The notes under the pieces were generated by a model. It did no database searches. It was not told where the DNA came from and worked only from the letters and a program-made list of their open reading frames with translations. A DNA stretch of 64,000 nt from Camelus ferus (taxonomy: Eukaryota): positions 24,616,001 to 24,680,000 of the forward strand of contig NC_045697.1 in assembly GCF_009834535.1 (NCBI RefSeq). The letters are read 5' to 3'. Positions 14,434 through 27,830 of the stretch are shown in pieces; position 1 is the stretch's first letter, and every line of letters begins with the position of its first letter. Position numbers and translations under genes: made by a program.

Positions 14434-14876
14434 TGTGGTAGACAAGTTCATGACAACCTGAGTCTCCTTCTCTGCCATGCAGATTCACCTTTAAAGAAGG
14501 AATTGCTGTCCATTTAAAAAGAGGTCAGTAGACAGCTTCCCATTGTCAGCTCCTCCAGAGTCTACTTTGGCTGCAGAGAGCAGCTCCACCCAAGGTCACA
14601 TCCTTCCTGAGACAACCCATATTCTGCACCAAAGTAAGGAGGGTTTATAGAGCTCCAACTATTTTGGTCCAACACAGGAAAACTCAGAACTGAATCCTTC
14701 CAAGATCCCCACCAGTGACTTGACTGAGGATGTGGCAGGACAATGTTGTATTTTAGCTCTTCCGTCTGTGCAATCCATTTCCTCCTTCTTCTTTTCACGG
14801 GAATTGATCCTTACAAAATATATTGCATCCCAAACTCCATCTCAGCTTCTGTTTCCAGAAAACCCAGCCTGCAACA
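14434..14876 (+). mobile_element. Solo LTR, LTR16-like (ERVL)
   Basis: TG...CA termini and a perfect 5-bp TSD CATCT (14429-14433, 14877-14881). The end 'ctccatctcagcttctgtttccagaaaacccagcctgcaaca' matches LTR16. Confidence 0.85.
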
Positions 14877-15959
14877 CATCTTAACCTCATTGAATATTTG
14901 ACATTGTCAAGGCTAAGTTTCAGTCAACTAACCAAATAAATATTAGAGCCACTCGCAGCTGCCTGAGCTGACACATTCAGTTAAAACATGTCTCCATATC
15001 CACATATTATCTCAGTTTATTGATATATTTGACTTCCTAGATTTAACTTACTTGGATCTATTTCCAAATATGTTTTACAGGTTGCATGCTTTTATAAATC
15101 AGCAAATCTTACCAATATTTCCAAGTAAAAACTACTATCCTGGGTCTGATTTTGCACTTGTCTCTCTGAAGTGTGCTGAAATATGATTGTAATTAAGTCT
15201 TGAGCCATAAGACTTAATGGGGTTAGATCTTGAGGAGAAACAGCATTCCTTGGAAGACAACTTAATTGAGTAAAGTTATCAAGCAAAGAAAAGTTCATCT
15301 CCTCACCCTTGGGTGAAGGTGTTATTTTCACTGAGGAAATTTCAAAGAGAGTTGAATAGCCAAATATTTCAACTTCTATCAAGTACACACAAATTTCCAT
15401 ATTTCATTATGAGACTCCCACTCCTCATTCTACTCCCTTATTTACACATAAATGATAAGGAAAGTGGAAATTCAATTCACATGACTGATTTGTATTCAGC
15501 ATAATTAAATTTAGGGTAAGATTTTCATTGCTATCTGTCTAGTCATTATAAAATACGTGATTATTTTAGGACCACGATTCTTTGCTTGTCTGACTGTGAT
15601 TGGTCAAAGAGTTTATAGCCCTGAGCTTGTCATTTTCTTTCTGTAAGCTGTTAGGATAATCAGAAGCCAGTCTCCCACCCTTAGTTCTTAGTATCAACAT
15701 TAATATGATAATGGTCAACAAATATAGTCACTTGATATCCTGAATCCTGGCCTAAAATAAACAGTTTTTGGAATGACAAATGGTAATTTAAGTAATTTTG
15801 ATGCCACTACATGTAACTGATTGTCAGTTTCCAATAACTTTTCATCATCAAAACTAATTCCAGGATTCTATATTTAAGGATACGATTCATGTGACCACTC
15901 TTGGCGCCACTTAAAGCATCTATAAGCCATTACAAGAAAACAAATTATAGTTGGTATTG

Positions 15960-16505
15960 CATCAGAGACAATTAAATACAGGAAACTGCTCACATGTCTC
16001 TTGGAGAGGTACCACTTGTTGGGCTTGGGAAATCTAAATAAAGAGATGTTGTCACAAAAACTAGGATCTTGGGGTGGAGGAGTGTCTAAAGGTTGTCGTT
16101 CAATCTCTGAACACAGGAGAAGGGTTCCTTGAAGCTCCTGATTCAGAGTAAGTGCTTGAACCTCTTGTGTGTGTGTGAAGGGAAGAGGCTGTTACAATGC
16201 AGCCTGTGCTGATATCACTCATCTGGTGCCAGGAGAGATGGAAGACATAGAGACTGGATCATAACTGACTTTTACTGCTAGATGACTGTAGGCAGACTCT
16301 GGACATCTGAAAAGAATCCTTTCTTCCATCCTCCCTCTTTGTAATCTTCCACAAGTGCCTCCCTTTGATACAAAGTGAGAGAAAACTATCTGGCCAGATA
16401 CTTCAGGAAATTCAGAATGTAAACTCTCAGGTCCAGGATCACAAAGGAGCATATAGAAGAGTGAAGTTGGGGTTGGATAAATATCTTGTCCAATCAGGTT
16501 CACAA
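15960..16505 (-). mobile_element. Degenerate ERVL-class LTR (LTR33/LTR41-like)
   Basis: 'aatcttccacaagtgcctccc...gagcatatagaagagtgaagttggggttgg...caca' resembles the terminal part of these LTRs. Left boundary is uncertain. Confidence 0.4.
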
Positions 16506-17994
16506 AATAAAGTTATATTAAAAAATAGGTTGAAGTAAAAACAGAAACACACACCCACACACACCAGGATGATAGCCGAGCTATTGTCAGGGGAATAATG
16601 ATTACAAATGCTTGACAGGAGCTAAAGTCCAGTCAGAATGTGCTGAGAGGTGACCAAGTTAGAATTTAGAGATCTTAAAGTGCTATGATTTCTATTTTTT
16701 CTTTTGTGTTAATAAAATAAGTAGTAATGAGGAGTAATTGAGTAGGAGCAAAACATATTGCCACTGCTGTTCAAATAGGTTTTTTAAAATCTGTTTCCTA
16801 ATGTAGGCAATTGTGTCAATTTCCTGACTTACCTTCTGATAAATCTTCTGATTTATAACTTCTGAATGTTGAGTTATAGTTAGAATGGTCCTTCCCATTC
16901 CAAAGTGTAAAGGAATTCAGTCCAGCTTTCCTCAACTATTTTTGCATTTAAGCATTTCATCTATTTGGGGTATCCTAGTATGTAGTGACAGAATTATGGG
17001 AACTATGAAAAGATGACATTGATTATGGTGCACCTGTAAGTCTGGGAGCAGAATTATGTGATTGTATTTATGAAATGGCTATCAGATTTTTGTTCTAAAC
17101 CATGGTCATTGGGTTTTACTTTGACATGGTCTACATGCCATATACAAGCAGAGTTCTCATTTTTAATGACTAATACAGTTAGTTCATGATTGTTCTTCAG
17201 AAACAAAAAGCCAGGACCTTAGATCAGGAGTTGGATACAAAATACAGATTCAGAGCTGAGCTCACTAGAAGCACTATTTATTTTTACAGCTTTAAAATTG
17301 GCAATCACATCATTTAGAACAGAAAACAGAATCCTCATCATGTCCTTACGTTAGGCATTTAACAAACATTTGTCAGCAAACTTCTATGATTAATTTGATT
17401 TCAACCCCTAGGGAAAGATTGCTTTAAAAACATTTGTGGTATGATTAATTGAATTTTAGAAATTTGATTAATACTTAGACTTCAGAGATTTTTAAATACA
17501 TTATTAAAATGAATTTTACTTGAGTTTTAATAATTCCATGACTGTTCCTTTTCAGCTACTGTTATTTGCTTCAGATTGCAAAATTCAGTAAGAAGAAAAT
17601 TCGTGTTCAGTAGAACTAGGAGGTACTGGGCCTTTTAGTCTGGAAATGAATAACATGCCTGTGTAGAGATGACAGTGATTTAAGGCCGTAAGAACAGGTC
17701 TTTATTTACCTGCCAGACATAGTCTCCGGTCTGGATGCAGTAAATATTTTGTAATTTTATTGGAAACTATAACATCCTTGCACTCACAAAAGGCAGTTTT
17801 CTATGCAGTATTACATGACATCTTCACAGTAATGATAAATTAGATTCAACCTCCAAAATATCCAAACCTAACCATTTATAAGGAAAAAGGATACTGAAGC
17901 AATCTTACTTTTCAAAACAGCAATCTTCACATTTCTGGTCTGTTGCCAGAGTAATTCTCTTAGGAATACATTAAGTTTGTTTGTGGGAAAAGGA

Positions 17995-18160
17995 AATATA
18001 ACTCCATAGTACTTACTGAGTACCTACTATGTTTCTTATGTTTCAAACAGCATGCCATACTGTGCTATGCATTTTAATTCTTCTATCTGGTAAACCCCGA
18101 CAATAACACATGAGTTGAATGGTGCTGTCCTTACATTGCTCCTGCAGAGACAGACTCCTC
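17995..18160 (-). mobile_element. MIR SINE fragment
   Basis: 'acttactgagtacctactatgt...tgccatactgtgctatgcatttt' is a reverse MIR 3' end. Confidence 0.55.
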
Positions 18161-18532
18161 AGAAAGGGCAATTTTCTAAATTCACACAACAAGTGGGTGG
18201 CTTTCAACACAGACCACATTGCTTCCCTGCCAACAAGAACCATCTTAATGAAAACATCAATTTATTTGTCCATAGGAACACAAATTTTACATAAAAATTA
18301 TACATATGTAATACACACATATACATACATATATATCCAGGTAAGATTGCATGCAGGGAGCTTGTATATCATTAAAATGAGTGGAGAATTTATGCATCTC
18401 CAGTGATTCCAAAAATACATAATACATTTGTTAATCACTTTAGACAGAAGAAAGAAACTTGCATTTTACCTGAACCTTTCAATTTCTAGCATATGCATGA
18501 AAACTGCCAAGATTTTTAATAAGCAAGTACTT

Positions 18533-19074
18533 TGTATTACTTTCTTGTGACTGCTGTAACAAATTAACATAAAATTAGTGACTTAAAACAACATAAATTT
18601 ATTCTTTTATAGTTCTGCAGGCCAGAATTCCAATCTGTATCACTGGCCAAAATCAAGATGTTCACAAGGCCCATTATGTTTGGGGGCTCCAGGGAAAGTT
18701 TATTCCTTATTTCTTTCAGCCTCTGATAACTAATGGTGTTTCTTGGTTTTGGCCACATCAATCTAATCTCTGCCTCTGTCTTCACATTACCTTTAGTTTT
18801 GTGTTTGTGTGTCAGGGCATGTGCACGTGTGTGTTTGTGGTTATGTGGGGGGGGAGGGGAAGGTGTTTATGTGTCAAATTTCCCTCTGCCTCTGACTTGT
18901 AAGGATTCATGTGATGGCATTTAGAGCCTATCCAAATAATCCAGGATAATCTCTCCATTTTAAGATCCTGAAATTAATCACATTGACAAAGATCCTTTTT
19001 CCAAATAAGGTAACATTTACATGTTCCAGAGATTGAGGTGTGATATATTTGAGGGCCATTATCAGCCTGTAACA
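18533..19074 (-). mobile_element. MaLR solo LTR (MLT1C/D-like) with internal TG-rich expansion
   Basis: Runs 'tgtatta...gctgtaacaaatt...ttaaaacaacataaatttatt...ataatccaggataatctctccattttaagatcc...aaataaggtaacattt' and ends in CA. Confidence 0.85.
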
Positions 19075-19619
19075 TGCTGTTGATATTTCTGTAATTTCTT
19101 TGCTTACTCTTGTCCTGTTGGTCTTGGAGGAAATTCATTTACCTCCTAAATTTGCACTAATAGATTCATTTCACTGCTTATTTCATAATTTCCTACAAAG
19201 GAGTGTCTTTGACTAGGAAATCCTCAAAAGAGCAAAGTGTTGTTTGTTGGACAGTGGCACAAGGCAGCAGACTGAGCAGACACTGGCAACATTATACTTA
19301 TGTCAGTTTCAGCTAAGACAAATAAAAGGAATCCTTAAAACTACTGTGCACAATTTCACTCACCCCTAGTTCATCAAGATAAAAGGGTAAACTCTTTATA
19401 CTCTCTTTTTCCAAACCCTGTCTAAAACAGGCTGTTATATATGTACAATTCATATTTCTGCCGGAATGGTCCCTGTCTTTTTTTCTGGTTCTGTCTCTTT
19501 TCTACCTTCTTTCAGTGACTGCACCATTTTTAAGGGGGTGGGGGGTATCTAGTGCACATATTTGAAATGGGATTGAAACTACCTCTGTCCATACTGGTGG
19601 CCATGCAACATTTCTAGAA

Positions 19620-20900
19620 ACTTAAAATTATACCAAACATAAAGTTTACTGGAAAATAAGTACTCAGGAAAAATAATATCTATGAAAGAAACACAAAGGA
19701 GAAGCAAAAATATATATAACTAATTTCCTTGGAGAAGAGAATATAAAAGAATAGGGAAAAGAGGAAGAGAAAATTTAAGAATTGACAGGAGTAAGAGAAA
19801 CTTGAATCTACAGATTTAAAGAGCACACAATGTTCCATGAAAAGTTGACACAAAATGATAAAATATATGTCAAATAGGTATCTCCGTAAAGATAATAAAT
19901 CTTAAAGACAAGGGAAGAATCCCCATCAGTTATCTAGATGGAAATATCAAGTCATTTTCAAAGGGAAAAAAAAAATCAGTCTGTCTTCCTCCATCTCCTT
20001 CACAACATAACTTTTTCATGAAAATCAAGACTGTCTGCAAAATTCTATGTCCAGGCAGGATGACACTCAAGTCAGTTTTGAACATGGAAGCCATTTTTAA
20101 TAGAACACGGAAGCCATTTTTAATATACAAAATCTATTCAAATTATATGATATATATAAGCCTTTCTTGAAGGCACTATCAGATGAGCTTTTGCTAACTA
20201 AGAAATTAAGGGAGAAATTTGGTAAAAGAACTATTATGAGCAATAAATCCATTTATTTGTATGGATTAAACTAAAACAAATGTGAGCATTATAATACGCA
20301 AAAGAATGTAGTGTTATAAAATACGATTGTGTAGAAATAATATGTTCTTTAGAAATTTGAAGAGATGGGGAAAAGGTGGAAGTGATGATGGTTTTTCTCT
20401 TTTATGGAAACAGTATCAAAAATATCTAAAGACAATACATTAAATAAGAGAAGTACAGAGTTATAAATGTGATCTGTAGTAACATAACAGAACCATTGAA
20501 AATGTGGGGAGAAAAAGTAGGGAAGGGTGAAAACCAATTTCCTCTCTGTTCAGTAAGAAGTCAGTAGACATTGAAGAAATAAACAATTAAGAATGTTGTA
20601 TAAAAACCTGGTTGTGAAGGTGCCCACTAGAACAAAAATACAATGATTTCCTAAAAGAACATACTACATAAAAACAATGCAAACACTACCTAGGTTAAAA
20701 AAATTCAGACCAGTGTATATATTATGTTACTATTTATGTAAAATAAATATACATGAAGATGATTATATATGCACAGATTAAAAGATCACACAAAGACTAA
20801 GTAAGAATGATTGCTGCTGAGAACAGCTGATCAGATAGGAAAAAAAGTGGAGAGAGACAAAGTTTTCATTTCATTTCATCCTGAATTTTTTAAAAATTTT
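19620..20900 (+). mobile_element. Highly decayed L1/HAL1-like segment (ORF1-like region)
   Basis: A-rich. Contains 'gaatctacagatttaaagagcacacaatgttcc' (LQI.RAH.VP-like ORF1 motif) and 'aaaattctatgtccaggcagg' (ILYPA-like). Confidence 0.45.
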
Positions 20901-21767
20901 ACGATAAATATATACTGCCTATTAGCATTTAATAAGTCTATGGCAGAAATCAACAAATTAGCAAAGATGTTTCATGTGGAATGAGTGTGCATTTTGGGAA
21001 ATACCTGATATACTTTGTCTTGGTTCACACTGTATTCCACAAACAGCTCTGGATCCCTGTCCATATATGGTTGATGTCAAATGTGGAAACTGTATGATTA
21101 CTGACTGAACAAAATCTCAAAGTGCCTAGGATGTTGAATATTTATCAATATTTTTATCTACTGAAAACTTTCTTTTTTTTTTTGGCCACATTGAAAATTA
21201 TTCCATTCTCAACTGATCTGTGCTCTGGAGTCTTTAAGTTGAGAAAAAGAAGACAAAAGATATAATAAGAGAGGAGCAGGAAGTGGGGGGGTCAGGTGAG
21301 ACTTCCAGAGAGAAAATGATTGATGGCAATAGAGAGGGCAGAGAGGATATGCACCCTGGCCGGAGGCGACAGTCCAGATTAATGAAAGGCATCCACGCCT
21401 GAAGCTGCTATCTCTCACTTTCAACTGTTCTGCTGCTCTCCTAAGGGAAGCTGGTTGACAAACACAGTTAAAAGTGATAAATGACATCTGTGAGCTTTTG
21501 AAAAAAAAAAACTTAAATGTGGAGGATATACTAAAGTAATTTTTTAAAATCAGTATTATATTGAAAGACAGACAAGTAGCTCAATGTTTACTTTGAAGAA
21601 CTAGGCAGCCGTACTTTAAATCCTTGAACTACACCCCCACAAAATACTAACGATGTAAAGCCCTTAAATTTTTGCATGGACATGACCATCTCTATAAGAA
21701 ATTGTGTACAAAAGCCTGTCAATTTTGTATATGGTAATGTAGTCCAGTAGAAAGATCACTGGACTTA

Positions 21768-21906
21768 TTGTTGTATTATTTAATTATTTTATTTTGGTGG
21801 GGTGGTGGGAATTAGATTTATTTTTAGAGGAGGTACTGGGGATTGAACACAGGACCTCTTCCGTGCTAAGCACATACTCTACCATTTCAGCTATACCCTC
21901 CCCTCT
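21768..21906 (-). mobile_element. tRNA-Ala-derived SINE, camelid Vic-1-like, inserted in a MIR
   Basis: Reverse complement is gagggtatagctgaaatggtagagtatgtgcttagcac...gtcctgtgttcaatccccagtacctcc (A and B boxes) with an A-rich tail. 15-bp TSD agatca(c/t)tggactta at 21753-21767 and 21907-21921. Confidence 0.85.
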
Positions 21907-24900
21907 AGATCATTGGACTTAAAGTCAAGGATGCTGCATCTTAGTTCCTGGATTTGCCCTATTAGGTGTAATTGAGATTAGATTTGGGTTCTAAGTTCTG
22001 CCCCCATCATCCACTATCCGATGTTTATCCCAGTCAGAAAGAAGACATTCTATGTATTTAAGCTAGAAATTATTGAGTTCCCAGAATCGGGTGTTTGTAC
22101 AACCACTAGAAAGGCTGAGGTACTGTAAATTAGAGAAACTGATGCTAGCCAATTTTGTTATAGATTAAATGATGAGAGGACAATTAAACCATGAGAGGAA
22201 AATTAACAGTAAATGCCAAAAATCAGTTGATAAATCAAGAGCCCAGCTACCTGCCTTTAAATTCTTTGTTTTTGAACATGTGGGGTGCCACAAGACGAGC
22301 CTCGTAAAAGTCAGTGTTCATACTCCCGGCTCAGAGGATTTCTCTAGGCTCCTTTTTCTAATTGTCTGCAGTTCTTGATATTTAGAAGCATTAATTACAC
22401 AGTAGCTTTCAGCTGCCTCTTACATGGATTATTTTTTTGACTCAGACAAACCCTTTAAATGGGCTGATTTTGGTGTCAATATCTCCCTGATGCCTTACCT
22501 CAGATCCAATACATAGAATATGCCCTAAAGCACAGGGTGTGAGTGTCCTTATCCCAATATCCCAGTATGCTACTTTGCTAAGGGGAGACAAGACCATAAA
22601 GTCATTTCAAGAAGCATAAGATGGTACTTCGCCTTTTGATAAAGTTTATTGATTTTATGTCAATTTATGAAAGAAATACTATTTGAAGAGATAAAAATTA
22701 CCTTATATATTCTCTACATTTACTAAAACATGATACAGTGATTCGTATAAATAAAATAATAGAAAAAATTATTAAAATAGTAAATTTGTGACACTGGGTT
22801 ATACATGAATGTGATTAATTGAATTTAAATTATCATCTAAAAATGGACATTAATTTATACTAATATCCTTCTAAATGTCTATGAGTTATACATAATACCT
22901 GGATTAATCTGCTGATGATTTATCACACTGAAATGTTTCCTCACAGTATAGGAAAGAAATTAATCATCATCAAATTAACATTTCAGTAGACCATTAGACC
23001 AATGAATAGATCATTAGATCAATAAGCAGTCCTCACCAAATAGGTATGTAAACATGTATTAAGATCTATCTAACCATATATCTAGCCTGGTAAAAATCTT
23101 TTGATAAATTGAAAGCTGTAGCTTGTCCTCAAAGAATTTCTTTAAAAATAAGGTGCTCAGGAATTGGTAGATCAAAGATGTACACAATGCTTGTAAAGTT
23201 GGGAAAGACATTAGAAAAGTGTGGTCCATCTCTCATCTTTACACATATGATGCATGATATTCAGAGGGAATGGAATTACTGACCTAAAATCATGAAATTT
23301 CTTTGTGATGAGGAATGACATGTTCCCTGAGATCTGATTCATTGCACTTATACACCCAATTCTAGGTAAAGAAAAGTTAAATTTTACATGTGAAATAAAT
23401 ATGGCTAGGCAAAAGAATGTCCTAACCATCACCTGTTCTTCCATGTTAAATATATAAAAATCCCTGCTTTTGATAGGTTAAGTATGTAATAGGATCCTAG
23501 TATGCACGATTTGATAGAAATTTGAAAGAAAGTGTGATTTTGTTAGTGAATTGAATTATTGTAAGCTATTAAATATTCTATAAAATAATTATAACCAGTG
23601 ACATTCTACATGGATCATATTTTTATTTAGAACAAGTTTGTTTATAGTGTAGGTTAAAACTATTTGTGACTCGTTGGCCTAATATTTGTGATTGTGATAT
23701 TTGTTGCATATAGCATTGTAGACATTTCAGAAATATCAACAAAAGTGTTTATGTCAGTTCATTTACTATCCTGTGTACCTGTCACCAAAGAATGCTCACC
23801 AACTACCTGACTCAAATGTTAGTAAGGTTTTAATTACACAAGTGGAAATGAAAATCTTACCTTGCCCCAAGAATAAAAATGAACTGGATATTTGAAGGCT
23901 AAGATATTTTATTGGCTACTGGTGCAGAATATTTCTCTATGTGGTAGAAATCAGAACAGAGATTGCCACTACAGGTAGAGGATCAGAGGTTAACTGGGAA
24001 TGAGTATGGAGGACTGTGTTTATGGTTTGCTGTTAATGGAATCAAAAGATAGAAACTAATTCTAGAGTTCAATCCCATTTCTGCAATAATAATACTAATA
24101 GGGATCATGCTGGAAAGATACCCCAAAATTACATCATGGTTCTCTCTATCATGGAATTTAGGGTGATTAAAATTTGTATCAAGTTTGTATTAATTATTGT
24201 TTAATGTTTCTATTATGATAGTGTGTTATTTGGCACTGTCATAGAGGGGAAAAAGAAGGAAGTTGGATAAATTTCAAGATAGTCAAACTTTCCCTTTTTT
24301 TTTTTTTTGTGATATTGAGCAGTTACTTTAAAATATCCACAGGCTTTGACAGAGTATAAAACATGATTAGATTTTCACCAGCAGCTCATGTGGCTGAGAA
24401 TAACACAAGAGGCATAATTGACCTTCAGACTAGAACTGAATGCCAGAAGAAATGTTCATCAAAGAAGAAATTCTATAAAGAGAAATTTCCTGGACCAGTA
24501 GCCAAAGAAAATTTTAGTTATCAAAATACTCTAGTCTGTTCTTATGTGAAGGGCAGAACTAAATCATATCTTGAAATAAAGCTGTGGCCTTTATTTTCTC
24601 TTGTGTAATTATATCTTTATTAGAATTCTCATTGCTTTTAAATTAAATATTAAATAGGTGTGAAACACAGCTCTTAGATTTTCATACTATTCTCCTCTGC
24701 CCTCAACATATATAAAAAGGAGCATATGTATATCCTTCTCTCCCTCTCTTTAGTGAAGATGGCAAGATAAAGAAAGAGAGAGGACAGCTTATGGGAAACA
24801 TAGATTTTTATTATGCCTACTTATAGCCTCTATTAGACATGATTTTGTGTGTGTATGAGCATTCACAACATTAAGATGTTGCCCATGTAAATCTCACACA

Positions 24901-24999
24901 TTGCCATCGCGGGCAGTAGACATGAGCTAGCGGCAGCCGAAAGATAAGTAGAACCACGTGGTGCCTGTGATTGATCTAAAGAGTGAGAGGGGATATTAA

Positions 25000-26565
25000 G
25001 AATGGCTGACTTTCCAGTACCAAGTAAGCTTATAGGTCCAGGGGAAGAAGCTGAACAAAAAGTTACCTGATTGTATTAGTTATGGTTGGCTACACTGGTC
25101 AAGTTACTTTCTACAAGAACTGTCCTATAACAAAGAGGAAGGAATGAAACAATAAAAACAGAGTGAAAGAGTCCAGAAATTCAGAGTCCTTCTTGCAAAT
25201 TTGGAAGAAGTAACTGCTTCTCTTATGAAGTCAGGGAAAAAAAAAATCGAACTGAGAAGACCTTTGAGCAATAAAGGCCAATTAGACTCACTCTTGCAGC
25301 AAGAATCAAGTCAGGACACAGCTGTCACATTCATTCTCAAAAGCTCTGATTCGATTTAGGTGTCTTAGATCAAAGACTCAGTTCTCTCTACGGGACATAA
25401 GGACTCAGAAAAAGTAGAGTGAAAACACGTTTTTCCAAAGAAACCAAATATATTTAAGATACTAGCTATTAGGAGAGGAGAGTAAGCAGAGTCAAAAAAG
25501 CAAAGATTTGTCACAAATTTAAGAAATACATATCAAAAATAAACACGGGTGAAGCTACTGGCACATGTTGCTGACAGTACTGAATTGATGAAAAGACTGT
25601 TTTGAAGAGATTTGTACCATCAATGAAATCGTGGCTTAGACCAGAAAATATTGGTGGCTGATCAAGATCAGAATAGACCAGAAATACTAGAAATATGACT
25701 TTTCAAGATCCTCAGTCTTCTAAGGGCAGGAAGCAGGCTGAAAAAGCTATAGATTTCACTGCTTCTTTTATCTGAGGCTTCGTAGGAAAACAGAGAGGAG
25801 AGATTACCCAGAGGACTGAACCAAGAGGCCCAGAGAACAATGGAGTGAAGATCCCTCACCCTAACTGTCCAGGTAGATTTCAAAGTTGATACACAAACCC
25901 GCAATTTCTTCTTCTGAACGAGGATGTTTGCTGAAATTTCCATTTCCCTGGATACACTGTATAATGTGTCTCTAGTTTATAGATGCCTGGATCAAAAAAA
26001 AAATACATAGGGCTTTTTGATAAAGGTACTAATACAAAAAGTATCCTGACATAGCCATCAACAAGTAATACAATAAATCTTAGACATTAAGCTTGATGTG
26101 AGGAGCAGATGGCAATTCAGTGATACCTCTCTCAGGGAGGGATAGTACCTTTTGTGTGCATAGTGAAAGCAAAACCACATGTTTGGTGATCAGAGGTTAT
26201 TTTGCTCCTATAGTAGTCCCAAAGCTGGGAATAAGTGGTATTTATACTTCCAGGCACACTTGTAGTTGAATGAAACCAACTGACACGTTCTGTTCAATGA
26301 GATGTGTGCAGAAAAATGTCGGATGTCAATTTCAGAAAACATCATTTAATTACTCGATCAAGACTTTTCAGATCTCCATTTCCTTCTGGCACACTTACAA
26401 GCACTTGACATAGTTTTATCAGTTTGAGCTTATAAGTAACTAAATTAAGCAGAGCACACTTCATACCAATTCCTGGTTGCCCCATTATGTTTGAGAACTA
26501 AGATTTGTAGGTTTGAATCATTGAGGTGTGTTTTTTTTAATGCACCATCACTATTTCTAGCGATA
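25000..26565 (+). mobile_element. Degenerate MaLR internal fragment plus old MLT1(H/I/J)-like LTR (LTR at about 26200-26565)
   Basis: 'tacttccaggcacacttgtagttg...caatgagatgtgtgcagaa' and the downstream end resemble old MLT1 LTRs. The upstream purine-rich tract resembles MLT-int. Confidence 0.45.
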
Positions 26566-26569
26566 GGTT

Positions 26570-26735
26570 TATAATGGCATTACTGCCCCCTTTGCAGACA
26601 AAGAGACAAAGGTTTGAGAAGGTGTGTGATTTGCCTAAGATCATTCAGTCATCTAGCTACTATACACAGAATTGCTATTTGAACTCTTGTCTGCTTCTAA
26701 ATGCACTTTATTTTTTGCTTTTACCTCACTGCACT
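26570..26735 (-). mobile_element. MIR SINE
   Basis: 'ccctttgcagacaaagagacaaaggtttgagaaggtgtgtgatttgcctaagatcattcag...atttgaactc' is a reverse MIR core. Confidence 0.7.
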
Positions 26736-27790
26736 TTGAAACATATCTAATCATCCTAAGTACCTTAAATGCAATAATCTGGTTACCATACGTCTGTTAC
26801 TTAATCTGAAGGCTCCTCTGTTCCGGTCACGTTATGAAAACTGCCATCAGCCACAAATGTTTCATCAATGGGCAGACTATTAATTCAAGTGAGGGAGTCT
26901 TACTTTCTTACTCTTACCCTATTGTTGACCAGAGGTACACTTTGGGGACAATCTGGGTCCTCCTTACAATTTCTATTTTTAAAAAATTAATGGTTAAAAA
27001 TAAGTTATTTTCAGAGCCAAAAGCAATAAAGAACTATTTGCAGCCAAACTTTCTTCCTATTGAGAAAACCTGACTTCAATGAAGTAGATGGAGGACTTTG
27101 TGAAGAGAATCCCTGATGTGAGAAATGAAAAGAAAACTCAGTGGCACTCAAGTCCTTATTCCAGTTCTTTTTGAGACCCCAAGTACAGCCTTTCTCATGA
27201 TTTGAAATTATCTTTGTTTTTTGTAAATTTGTGAGTTTGCGTTTCCCTAAAGTAGTTCCAGTTTTGATCGTGCCACTAATACCAAAGAGTTACAAAACTG
27301 TATCCATAAAAGCCCATGGCATTACATTTTCAACCATTTCTATGCTCTCTATGTATTTTTTATTTAGCTACTAAGTGTTTATCACTTAATCAGTAAATTT
27401 TGAATTAAATTTGAATTTAAAATAGAATACTGTGTAGCCACTCAGAATCTACTAAAATGTTTTAAGCTTCAGTTGACCTTTAAATATTTACATGACAAAG
27501 AAAAAAGAGATTGGACAAATTAACTAAATCATGAATCGGTTCCTATTATGGTCAGATCCAAAGAAAAGATACTTAGAATTTTTTACTAGAATATTTTATT
27601 TAAAGTGCACCATCAAATAGGGCTCAAAATCTCATTTTTGGACTGTTTTTATTGAAACATAAATCATTTAATTTTACATTTATAAGATTTTCATTGCCAA
27701 TAGAGTGGAACAGATTAAATGAGAAAAAGAATACTAACTGTATTTATGATTGTATTACAAGTTGAGGACTTATTTTTTTTTTCTTAACAG

Positions 27791-27830
27791 GTAGGGAAGT
27801 AAAGCATCACAAATTCCATGTAGGTTTCAG
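27791..27830 (+). other. Candidate 40-nt exon / recursive splice site of an unidentified + strand transcript
   Basis: TACTAAC (27732-27738), then T10 + cttaacAG| (AG at 27789-27790), a 40-nt segment starting GTAGGG, and donor CAG|GTAAGA at 27831. No repeat recognised here. Confidence 0.5.

Noticed and set aside
21768..21906. tRNA-Ala-like sequences (also 53959-54100) as tRNA genes
   Set aside because: Degenerate stems, tRNA-unrelated tails, A-rich ends and TSDs identify them as SINE copies.
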